The translations under genes and the position numbers were made by a program. From Candidatus Bathyarchaeia archaeon (lineage in GTDB: Archaea; Thermoproteota; Bathyarchaeia; Bathyarchaeales; Bathycorpusculaceae): a stretch of DNA of 64,000 nucleotides. The notes below the pieces were generated by a model. That model saw only the letters and a program-made list of their open reading frames with translations. It ran no database searches and had not been told where the DNA came from. Below are positions 28,157 through 36,644 of the stretch, one piece after another (within the stretch, counting starts at the first letter, position 1; each line of letters begins with the position of its first letter). The stretch spans positions 85,934 to 149,933 of the forward strand of contig JBEKWR010000006.1 of NCBI GenBank assembly GCA_049512935.1. The letters run 5' to 3'.

Positions 28157-28277
28157 ACTATTGCCGTTCTAACCGATTTAGGTCATGACAAATAACTTAA
28201 CAGTATCGGTAGGCAGAAAGATTTAATTATCGATGGTTTCTGTTGGTTTCTTGTAAGATAGGAGGAATGAATCAAAT

Positions 28278-28556
28278 ATGCCTACTTGTCCACATTGCGG
28301 CGCCACCGTTCCCGAAGGTGCCGTTTACTGTGGTAACTGTGGAGCTACATTAAACTCCCCGACAACTTCAATGACGACTCAGACCCAAACGTCTTCGCAG
28401 ACATCAGCATGGTCTCAGGATAACACCAGCGGAGACATGCAAGCGCGACTTGAAAAAGCCATGAAGCGTGCAGAACAATTAACTTATGCAGCAGCAATTG
28501 TCGGCGGAATTATCCTTGTACTGATAGTGTTCACTCTACTGCAATATTTGCTTTAA
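28278..28556 (+). CDS. zinc-ribbon protein with C-terminal TM
   Basis: CPHCG..YCGNCG; GGAGG RBS. Confidence 0.85.
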   Translation: MPTCPHCGATVPEGAVYCGNCGATLNSPTTSMTTQTQTSSQTSAWSQDNTSGDMQARLEKAMKRAEQLTYAAAIVGGIILVLIVFTLLQYLL

Positions 28557-28603
28557 AACGAAAGAAAAAGCGTGAAAGACTACACTTGTGAGGTGGTAAA
28601 ACT

Positions 28604-28711
28604 TTGGACAGCGTTCTTGAACAAACTGTTAAGAGAATTGAACGACTAAACAATATCCTCATGGCAGTGCTAATCATCGAGGTTGTCGTTCTTGTACTGA
28701 TTCTCGTGTAA
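28604..28711 (+). CDS. 35-aa membrane peptide
   Basis: GAGGTGG RBS, TTG start, MDSVLEQTVKRIERLNNILMAVLIIEVVVLVLILV. Confidence 0.5.
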   Translation: MDSVLEQTVKRIERLNNILMAVLIIEVVVLVLILV

Positions 28712-28823
28712 ACCCAGTTCTCTTTTCTCTCACTTTTTATTTATTGATTCGATGAATCTGCTTTGCAATATCGATGCCGAATTTGTCTTCTTCTAAAAGA
28801 GCCAAGATCTTCTCTGCTTCTTT

Positions 28824-29186
28824 TCATTGCCCAAGGTATTCGCACCAGCTTCTTGGGCTTTCCCAGACTCTAACTTTCTCCAGCGTGGGTTTTTCAGGCA
28901 GGCTTTTTTGCACGTGAACAAAAATGTACTTTGCGATGTTTTCAGTTGTCGGGTTGCCTATTTCGGTTATTTCGTTGAGGTAGGTGTGATCAAGTTTTTC
29001 AACTACTTTTTCTAAAGATAACTTTAACACTGCGAAGTCAACGACCATCCCGTTAGGTTCTGTTTTTTCGCCTAAAACGAAAAGTTCCACTTTCCAGGTG
29101 TGCCCGTGAAGCCTTTCGCATTTGCCGTTGCTTTCAACGACGTTGTGTGCCGCCGCAAATGTTGTTGCGACCCTAAGCCTGTACAC
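28824..29186 (-). CDS. queD: 6-carboxytetrahydropterin synthase/PTPS family (CERLHGH motif)
   Basis: FAAAH, CERLHGHTW, GMVVDF, LDHTYLN, PTTENIA, VWES. Confidence 0.9.
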   Translation of the reverse strand: MYRLRVATTFAAAHNVVESNGKCERLHGHTWKVELFVLGEKTEPNGMVVDFAVLKLSLEKVVEKLDHTYLNEITEIGNPTTENIAKYIFVHVQKSLPEKPTLEKVRVWESPRSWCEYLGQ

Positions 29187-29200
29187 AGCCTAAACCTCCG

Positions 29201-29983
29201 CTACAAGAGTCCTCGCCATTCTGAACAAACGTTGTGGTCATGGATGGATTCGAAGCTTACGCATTTAACCGTGCAGAATCTTTTGGGGTACTTTTCCTTC
29301 AGCAACTTGACGCATTGCCTTGTAACGTCTTCAACAAACTTGGCGTTCTCATGCATTTTTTCAACCACCTTCTTCTCTTCGGGTCTTTTAAGCAGAGAAA
29401 ACGTTGGGGAACTGAAGCTTTGACTGCAAATTTTGAGGACGTCAAGAAGGTCAGTGTTTTCGGTCACGTCGATTTCCACGCTAAGAGAGCCTCTCTGGTT
29501 ATGGGTCAATCCATGACACATTTCTTTCGAGCACGGACAGGCTAAGGCGCCGTTAACGGTGATGCCAGCAGTTTTCTTCCCCGTCTTGGTTGAGTAGCGT
29601 GCAAACATTTGCGCAATCGAGTTTTCCTTTTTGCCGCTTGGTCTTACCCTGTTGAATGGAAGTTCACCGAAAACTTCTGTTTGGCAGTGGAAGCCATGCT
29701 TCTTAAACGCGCTTTTTGAAATCTGCACAGCTAAATTCTCGATTGAAGCGGCTTCCAACGGTATTTCTTCAATAGACTCAATGAACCTGCTCATGTGTAC
29801 TCCACGCAAATGAGAAGGCAACGTGATGTAGCTGTTTATGTTGACTATGATGTTGAAGGTTCCCTCTGGTCTGTTCAACAAGACAAGTTTCCGAAGGCCT
29901 TCTACACCAACCTTTTCCAGCTCGATTTCATTTTCTGGTTTTTGGTTTTGGACGTCGACGACCAAATTTTTCGTAATCCCCAT
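29201..29983 (-). CDS. folE2: GTP cyclohydrolase IB/IV family (FolE2/MptA)
   Basis: DVQ, RGVHMSRF, ACPCS, THNQR, LLKRPEE, FVED, ESIHDH. Confidence 0.92.
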   Translation of the reverse strand: MGITKNLVVDVQNQKPENEIELEKVGVEGLRKLVLLNRPEGTFNIIVNINSYITLPSHLRGVHMSRFIESIEEIPLEAASIENLAVQISKSAFKKHGFHCQTEVFGELPFNRVRPSGKKENSIAQMFARYSTKTGKKTAGITVNGALACPCSKEMCHGLTHNQRGSLSVEIDVTENTDLLDVLKICSQSFSSPTFSLLKRPEEKKVVEKMHENAKFVEDVTRQCVKLLKEKYPKRFCTVKCVSFESIHDHNVCSEWRGLL

Positions 29984-30169
29984 TTAAATTCTAAACAGGC
30001 ATCATGCCCTTTAATGCCATGCTTTGACGAATTTACGTGAGCACAAAGAACTTGTTGCTTATTATACTTACTTGATTGGAAGCCGATTCTAAATGGATTT
30101 CTTAGGTTGCGAAGATGAAAATTGGCGACTAAACCCTTAACCAACGAAAGCTTCTGTAATTGTTGCGTC

Positions 30170-30424
30170 TTATGATTTTGCATGCTTCTTTTCGATTATG
30201 GCGCGTATTTCATTTTCGGCATCTGCTACAGAATATTTGAGAGAAACATTCCTGTTTCTAAGCTCATCCAAAAAAGCCCAGAGTGAGACATCGGCGATTT
30301 CGGAGGATTTCTTCAAGGAAGTTTTTCCTTTAACGTAACTGTCAACTGCAATATCCATTTTCACTTCAGCAAGCCCCTTATCTAAGAGTTTTCTCAGGAG
30401 GGTTGACTGGTCTTCTCCCGTCAC
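30170..30424 (-). pseudogene. UPF0175-family antitoxin-like gene, apparently 5'-truncated
   Basis: YVKGKTSLKKSSEIADVSLWAFLDEL; the frame runs upstream to a stop at ~30463 with no other start; no toxin partner. Confidence 0.6.
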
Positions 30425-30601
30425 TTCCTGAAGATCTTTTACGGATTTTAAGTTTTCTGGATGTCAAAAACATTACGAGGCAAGAAAAACGTGGCATTAA
30501 CTCTGATAAGGGGTAAAAACGCCTAAGGTTTTGGAAATCCCTACGATAGCTTAACGTTTATTAGTGTCAGATTCCCTAGTCGTCGCGTCAAAATTTAACT
30601 G

Positions 30602-31561
30602 GTGAATCCAATGGAGAAGGTTACTGTTTCGGCTCCAGCCCACTTGCACGCGGGCAATTTTGATTTGACAGGCGATTTGGGAAGGCTTTACGGGACGGTT
30701 GGTTTTGCGATAGATCTTCCTCTTGAAGTTGAAGTTTCTAAGGCAAAAGGGATCAAGGCAGAGGACAAGTCAGCCTACAAGTTTGCTAAACGGCTCGTTG
30801 ACGAGTTCGATTTGGAAGGCGCAGAGGTCAAAATTAAGAATGAAATCCCAAGGTTTGTCGGCGTAGGGTTCCACACGACTCTGGCTCTTTCCATCGGCGT
30901 CGCATTGTCAAAGCTCTACGATTTGAACCTCACCGTTGAGGATGTGTCTTTGATAATGGGCAGGGGAACCATAACCGCGATGGGAGTTTACGCTTTCAAA
31001 ACTGGCGGGTTCATCGTTGAAGGCGGTTTTAAAGTTGAAAGCCGAACAAAAATGGTGCCACCGCTCATATTCCACGGCGCAGTTCCCAAGAACTGGTTTT
31101 TCGTCATCGCTATTCCCAACGAGTCAAGGCAGAAAATCGCCCAGATGAGGGAAAACGAGGATGAAATCTTGGGCAACCTCAAACTTATGCCCAAAGAGCT
31201 TTCTGACGAGCTTTCAAGGATTGTCTTGGTGAAGCTTATGCCTGCCTTCGTCGAGAAAGACCTCAAGTCGTTCGGCGAAGCCTTGACATCGTTCAACCAG
31301 AAGCTCGGCAGGTTCTGGAGAGACTATCAGGAAGGAACCTACTGCAACCAGGTTGTGGAAGAAGGGGTAAGAATCATGCTTCGGGAAGGCTCGATGGCTT
31401 GCCAAACCTCATGGGGCCCAACCTTCTACACCATTGTGAATGGCAAACGCGCCGCGGAAAAATTGGCGAAGGAGTTAACACAGTTTCTGGACAAGCATGG
31501 CGGCGGAGAAATCTATGTCACCCGAGCGAACAATCGTGGAGCGACGGTTCTGAAGGCTTAG
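30602..31561 (+). CDS. mptG: beta-ribofuranosylaminobenzene 5'-phosphate synthase-like (GHMP family), divergent paralogue
   Basis: APAHLHAGNFDL.G.LGRLYG, GGFIVEGG, QTSWGPT; GHMP loop altered to PRFVGVGFHT. Confidence 0.85.
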   Translation: MNPMEKVTVSAPAHLHAGNFDLTGDLGRLYGTVGFAIDLPLEVEVSKAKGIKAEDKSAYKFAKRLVDEFDLEGAEVKIKNEIPRFVGVGFHTTLALSIGVALSKLYDLNLTVEDVSLIMGRGTITAMGVYAFKTGGFIVEGGFKVESRTKMVPPLIFHGAVPKNWFFVIAIPNESRQKIAQMRENEDEILGNLKLMPKELSDELSRIVLVKLMPAFVEKDLKSFGEALTSFNQKLGRFWRDYQEGTYCNQVVEEGVRIMLREGSMACQTSWGPTFYTIVNGKRAAEKLAKELTQFLDKHGGGEIYVTRANNRGATVLKA

Positions 31562-31563
31562 CC

Positions 31564-32715
31564 ATGGTCAAAGCTGTCGGCATCGACTCGGGAACGAAAA
31601 CGATGGACATCTACGGGTTTGACGACCTCAGCGGCAAAGTGTTAGTTGACTGTGCTTTATCCCGAGAAGAAGTTACAAAGAACCCCTGCTTAGTTATTGA
31701 GAAGCTAAGAGAGGTTCAGCAAGCTTGCGGCAAGATCGACGCGATTTCGGGTCCTGCAGGTTATGGCTTGCCGCTTCAAAAAGCTAAAGACGCAAGCATG
31801 GAAGATATTGCGTTGGCAACGTTTGTGACGCAGGCTGATGTTGCAAGGAAACTCAAAATCGTCGGTTTAAGGCAGCTTATGCAGCTTATGAAGAACACGG
31901 AAGACCTTGACATCTGGTTTACTCCGTCAGTTATTCAGTTGCCGACTGTTCCAGAGTACAGGAAGGCCAACAGGGTGGACATGGGCACAAACGATAAGGT
32001 TCCAAGCGCCGTTTTAGCAGTAAAGGATCAGGCGGAAAGGCTAAGCATTGGTTATGACGAAACTGACTTTATCGTTGTTGAGATAGGATTTGCATATACT
32101 TCCGCTATGGCGGTGAAAAGCGGTCAAATAGTTGACGCTATGGCTGGAACAGCTGGGTTTCCTTCATTCCTCGGCATGGGCTTTGTTGACGGAGAACTAG
32201 CATACGCGTTAGCTAATACTGTTGAGGATTTTTCTAAGCTTACTTTGTTCGCTGGCGGCGCAGCGGCGGTTGCGGGGATCGACACCTCAAAACCGATTGA
32301 AGATTTCATCGAAAACGCAAAAGCAAGCGGAAAAATCCGTTCTGGTCTGGACCTGATGCTTGAATCCGTTGTTAAAGATGTCGCGTCGCTTTTGCCTTCG
32401 GTTAAGCCTAAGGAAGTGCTGCTTAGTGGAAGATTCACTAGTATCCCCGGGTTTTATGCGATGGCGGAAAACAGGCTGGCTGCTTTTTTCAGCGAAATCG
32501 GGTCAAAAATTGACGTTGTAAAGATTCAAGGCAGTGCTAAGGTTGCTAAGGGGGCGGCTGAAGGGGCAGCGATAATTGCAAACGGTTTGGCGCATGGAAA
32601 ATATGAGCCGATCGTGGATGTGATGAGGCTTAGGGAAAGCAAAGGCGGAATATTCGATCACATTTACCTAGATGAAAAAACAAGGAAGGAACTTGAAGTC
32701 TTCAAGAAGTATTAG
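31564..32715 (+). CDS. DUF1464 family protein (ASKHA fold)
   Basis: GIDSGTKTMD, GPAGYGLP, LPTVPEYRKANRVDMGT.DK; start at ATG 31564. Confidence 0.88.
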   Translation: MVKAVGIDSGTKTMDIYGFDDLSGKVLVDCALSREEVTKNPCLVIEKLREVQQACGKIDAISGPAGYGLPLQKAKDASMEDIALATFVTQADVARKLKIVGLRQLMQLMKNTEDLDIWFTPSVIQLPTVPEYRKANRVDMGTNDKVPSAVLAVKDQAERLSIGYDETDFIVVEIGFAYTSAMAVKSGQIVDAMAGTAGFPSFLGMGFVDGELAYALANTVEDFSKLTLFAGGAAAVAGIDTSKPIEDFIENAKASGKIRSGLDLMLESVVKDVASLLPSVKPKEVLLSGRFTSIPGFYAMAENRLAAFFSEIGSKIDVVKIQGSAKVAKGAAEGAAIIANGLAHGKYEPIVDVMRLRESKGGIFDHIYLDEKTRKELEVFKKY

Positions 32716-32729
32716 CTTGCCTTTATTGT

Positions 32730-33503
32730 TTAAACGAGCCGTTTCAAGTCTTCAGGCTGGATGCTTCGGAAACCTTTGATTTCTTCCCCGTTCGCCGTCA
32801 AGTTATAGAGTAAAATGTTTTGTTGCATTTTTCGGGCCAGCCACTCCAGCAGTTCTCTGCTAATCTTCAGCTTCTCACGCTTAACAGAGAGGGATTTCAC
32901 CTTCACTTTAGAGTACTTGCCCACCGTCAACCCGAAATCCATTCCGGCTAACACGATAACTTTAGCGTCCATGGTTGCGGCAAGAAAAACAGCTCTGTCC
33001 CCGTCGGTGAATCCAAGGAAATTGTGAACGTTTGGACGCGGCTCAACCTGAGTGCTCCCGACTGCGTTTGAGAAGTCGGGAACGTAGCGTCTTAGCTGCT
33101 CAATGTTGTCGCCATGCGCTTGGATAACTACCGTTGATCCTTGCCGCTGGGCGGTGACAATGTCGCTGACTATCCCGTCCAGGTCAGTTACGATTACGTC
33201 TGGAGCGGCGTTTGCCATGTTTAGAAACGCGGTTGTTGCTCCGTCAGCTACAACAGTCACAAACTTCTGCAGAACCCCTTCCCGCATGATACGTTTAAGG
33301 TCTTCCTCAAGTGAAGGCCCAGCGCCGAAAACCAACACTGGCTGATTTGCCAATCGCTCTCTAAGCTTTGAGGGATCGGCTGCCTTCCCAGCCAACAGTG
33401 TGCTCAGCAGGTCAGCAGCGTATTGGTCTTTAGCTTGGTCGTAACCGAACGTTTGAATAATTCTTCGGTACCACGGCCACCAATCGTCCAATCCAAGCTT
33501 CAT
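32730..33503 (-). CDS. mptE: 6-hydroxymethyl-7,8-dihydropterin pyrophosphokinase MptE
   Basis: VFGAGPSL, VADGA, VTDLDG, AHGDN, GFTDGDRA, GMDFG. Confidence 0.92.
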   Translation of the reverse strand: MKLGLDDWWPWYRRIIQTFGYDQAKDQYAADLLSTLLAGKAADPSKLRERLANQPVLVFGAGPSLEEDLKRIMREGVLQKFVTVVADGATTAFLNMANAAPDVIVTDLDGIVSDIVTAQRQGSTVVIQAHGDNIEQLRRYVPDFSNAVGSTQVEPRPNVHNFLGFTDGDRAVFLAATMDAKVIVLAGMDFGLTVGKYSKVKVKSLSVKREKLKISRELLEWLARKMQQNILLYNLTANGEEIKGFRSIQPEDLKRLV

Positions 33504-33524
33504 GCTTTTTCCCACCTGTTTTGA

Positions 33525-34499
33525 CTACGACGTTGTTTTAATATAAGCCCCTCTGTTGTTCGCGCCCGTCCAGAATACTTGCCCGCCTACGCTTTTTTGC
33601 AAGAACCGCTGCACGTCTAGTGAAAGCTTCTCCGCTTGCTCTTTGCCTTCGACAAGCCCGTAGACTGTTGGTCCCCATGAACTCTGCCCTGCTCCAAAAG
33701 CTCCATGCCTGAGCATGAATTCTATGCATTGGCTTGACGGGGAACTGGAGAATCTTCCGCCTTGAGCCGAGGCAAAGCAGTCGCCGACCAGGTTTTGAAT
33801 CTGGGTTAATGCACCTCCGAAAGTCTTTATGTCTTTCTCTTTGAGCGCTGGCAGAAGAGACATCAGAATCAAGCGGCTTATACGCCCAGCCTGCTCTGCT
33901 GACATAGGCGGCATATCCCTAAAAGCGTGAGCCTCCGCTTCCCCTGACAAACCGCCCTTAACCTGCGGGATGGCCACGGTAAAAAACCAGTTTTTTGGGA
34001 AAGATGATTGAAAAATCACTGGAGGAAAACTGTTCCACGATGCGAGCGGCTTGCCGTTTTGGCTTTTAACACCGCCCTCGGCAACGAAGCCACCTTTTTC
34101 AAAAAGCGCTGTTCCCACGCCAGAGACTGTGCCTCTTCCCATGGTTTTGGAAAGCTCCTGCGTCGAAGCCTCTACATTGAACAGTTTTGCGAGGGCAGCA
34201 GAGGTGGCTAGGGCAAGCTGGGTTCCTGAGCCTAACCCGACATGCTGGGGAATAACCTGCTTAACGCATACGGCTACCTCAGGCTTCAAGTCGTATTTTT
34301 TGAGGAACCCCTCAACCCACGGCTTCACCAGCTCGCTTTTTTCGCCCTCGACAGTGAGGCGTTCTGACTTTTCAGCTTCAACAATCGCGTTCGGCTGGTT
34401 TATGGCGACGCCTACGCCGCCGAAGAAACGTCCTAAGTCGCCTCCTAAATCGATGAGCCCCAAATGAAGCCTAGCTGAAGCCTTAACGTAAACCTTCAT
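33525..34499 (-). CDS. mptG: beta-ribofuranosylaminobenzene 5'-phosphate synthase
   Basis: ARLHLGLIDL, IPQHVGLGSGTQL, GRG..SGVG, GQSSWGPT; start at ATG 34499. Confidence 0.92.
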   Translation of the reverse strand: MKVYVKASARLHLGLIDLGGDLGRFFGGVGVAINQPNAIVEAEKSERLTVEGEKSELVKPWVEGFLKKYDLKPEVAVCVKQVIPQHVGLGSGTQLALATSAALAKLFNVEASTQELSKTMGRGTVSGVGTALFEKGGFVAEGGVKSQNGKPLASWNSFPPVIFQSSFPKNWFFTVAIPQVKGGLSGEAEAHAFRDMPPMSAEQAGRISRLILMSLLPALKEKDIKTFGGALTQIQNLVGDCFASAQGGRFSSSPSSQCIEFMLRHGAFGAGQSSWGPTVYGLVEGKEQAEKLSLDVQRFLQKSVGGQVFWTGANNRGAYIKTTS

Positions 34500-34715
34500 C
34501 TGCTTAACGCCCAACCTATCTTCAATTCTATAATTGCCTAATATGTAAATTGAAGGGTTTCTTAAACCCATTCAGCTAGATAACCCAGTTAAAGTAGGAA
34601 AATCTTTCTTCATCAACAACGATTCGCAAAAAAGATTGAGACAACCATCGCCCTTTTCTGATTCAGCCAAGTCACATGTCCCGCTATCTAATAGCATTGG
34701 TAAATATTTCTTTTA

Positions 34716-35447
34716 TTAGAATGAATCAAGATGTACTTGATCGCTATCAAAGTTAGTTGAACGCAAACTGAACATTACCGCTCTTTTTGCTCTGTACTTA
34801 TCTCTTAAGCTTTCAAGGGAAATATTATCCCATGCTTTTAGATTAGGGTCTCCGATGAAACACATTAAAAACTCTTTGAAAAAACTGGCAGCTGATTTTG
34901 CATATAATTTGTTATTTTTAGAAAGTGAAGCAACGGAAGACGCAGGCACAACCACAAATCCTTTCATACTATATACAATCACAAAACTGGCAGGAGTAAT
35001 TTGCAGCATGTCATTAGCCTGACCCTTCAGTCTGATAAATTCTTGATCGAAACCAAACTTAACTGATGTCGGTCCTCTGAAAAATATTTGTGGCTGGGTT
35101 TTAAGAACCTTAATTGAATCACTTTCTTTCTTAGCTTGGCAAAGAAACCCTTTGGTTAGCTTATATCCCTCGATCTTTATGTCTAAGACCGCTATAAAAT
35201 CAGCCCCGTATTTGTGCTCGGGCGCGTTTGGTCCCATATCTCTAAGGGTGCATACGTCAATCTTTAATCCTTCTTTTTTCCACTTTTCAGAAATAACATG
35301 CTGAAGGACCCCTAAATATCGATCAGTAATACTAGGCTCAGTTTGTATTTTTCCTTGGTCCATGTCTCTAATAATCTCCTCTTCTGTCTGCTTGACGAGT
35401 TGACCAAAATGCCTGACGCCTCCTATAGCGATCAATCGAACACCCAA
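34716..35447 (-). CDS. putative PD-(D/E)xK restriction-endonuclease-fold protein
   Basis: EPSITD..EHKYGADF..GFLCQAKK; AT-rich. Confidence 0.65.
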   Translation of the reverse strand: MGVRLIAIGGVRHFGQLVKQTEEEIIRDMDQGKIQTEPSITDRYLGVLQHVISEKWKKEGLKIDVCTLRDMGPNAPEHKYGADFIAVLDIKIEGYKLTKGFLCQAKKESDSIKVLKTQPQIFFRGPTSVKFGFDQEFIRLKGQANDMLQITPASFVIVYSMKGFVVVPASSVASLSKNNKLYAKSAASFFKEFLMCFIGDPNLKAWDNISLESLRDKYRAKRAVMFSLRSTNFDSDQVHLDSF

Positions 35448-35601
35448 GGTTCGATTATTATCTTTGCCAGCATAAAAGTCCTTTGCTTTTGTGTTCTTTG
35501 AAGAGACTAAGAAAGAACAGAATAAATCTCCTGTTAGCGAGGAAGCGGCAAGCCATCTTTGCCAAGTTTTTTAAGCAACTAATACGAATAAGTGAATCTC
35601 A

Positions 35602-36057
35602 ATGCTAACCCCTGTTAACTGCCAGTATTGTTCTGCGGAGACTAACTTGCAAAACGTTGAAAGCACAACTTCTGACAAAATCACACTGAAACTCTACGAA
35701 CACAATCAATCTCAAAAAATAATTATTCCAAAAAGGACAATCAACTGCCCATTTTGCCATCGGAAATATGAGTTAATAAAATTTCCTGATTTCAATTGGG
35801 TGAAGAGGAAGTTAAAGCCCACCAATACCATGCTTGAAAAGTTTAAAATGACGTTTCCAAATTCTGCGTTCGATCTTTTTTACGAAAATATTTTGGGCAT
35901 AACAAAACCTCAAATTGGTCTCGGAGAAAGAGTTCTTAGACACCGGCACTATCACATTTGTTTCGAGCTTGAAGGAATAAGAGCGTACGTTGATTGCCAA
36001 GAGGCACAACTCGCCGACAACACTATATTGCAAGGGTTAGACATATACGAGGCTTGA
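35602..36057 (+). CDS. hypothetical Zn-finger protein
   Basis: CQYC and CPFC; first gene of an AT-rich three-gene operon. Confidence 0.65.
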   Translation: MLTPVNCQYCSAETNLQNVESTTSDKITLKLYEHNQSQKIIIPKRTINCPFCHRKYELIKFPDFNWVKRKLKPTNTMLEKFKMTFPNSAFDLFYENILGITKPQIGLGERVLRHRHYHICFELEGIRAYVDCQEAQLADNTILQGLDIYEA

Positions 36058-36062
36058 TTAGA

Positions 36063-36644
36063 TTGGCTACAGAAAAAGTGGATTCAAAAGGAATAGAAGC
36101 CTATTCAGATGGTACAGTGGTTTATGATTACGAAGAGGCAAAAAGGATAATTAGTGAACTTAAGCCAAAGAAACATGCCGTTTCTGACTGTATTTTGCTT
36201 ACGCTTTATGCTCAACCAGATAAACCGGTTTTTGGAAGAGTCTTAATGGTAAAGGAAGTATTCCTCTTGATGAAAGAGATTCTCAACCAAAGCGAAATTC
36301 AGGATGCCAAATTTGTTCCCTACCATTTGGGAATGTACAGTTTCACAGTTGGCAATGCATTGACTAATCTCGAGTATTCTGGGTTCATAGAACGCAAAGG
36401 CAAGAAAAATACCAAACTTGAACAATTTGAGCTGACCAAAAAAGGTAAAGAATACACTTCCAAAGTCTGGAGAACGCTTTCACCCCACACTCAAGAAATT
36501 GCGAAAGAGAAAAGAAAGGGATGGGACCAATTAGGGTACGACGGGATATTACGGCTTGTCTACCAGAAATATCCAGAATTCAAAGAAAAATCGTGCCTTA
36601 AAGATCGATACAAAACTATTACATGGGGAAAGGGTGTTGGATGA
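36063..36644 (+). CDS. winged-helix protein (DUF4065/SocA/YwgA-like)
   Basis: ILLTLYA..GRVLMVKEVFLL..FVPYHLGMYS..LTKKGKE..LVYQKYPEF; start set at TTG 36063. Confidence 0.7.
   Translation: MATEKVDSKGIEAYSDGTVVYDYEEAKRIISELKPKKHAVSDCILLTLYAQPDKPVFGRVLMVKEVFLLMKEILNQSEIQDAKFVPYHLGMYSFTVGNALTNLEYSGFIERKGKKNTKLEQFELTKKGKEYTSKVWRTLSPHTQEIAKEKRKGWDQLGYDGILRLVYQKYPEFKEKSCLKDRYKTITWGKGVG

Larger units (their letters stand above)
24651..28207. mobile_element. IS6-family-like transposon with passenger genes (3557 bp)
   Basis: Perfect 24-bp TIR gatactgttaagttatttgtcatg (24651-24674 / 28184-28207); 9-bp TSD ggtaggcag (24642-24650 / 28208-28216); internal DDE transposase. Confidence 0.93.
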
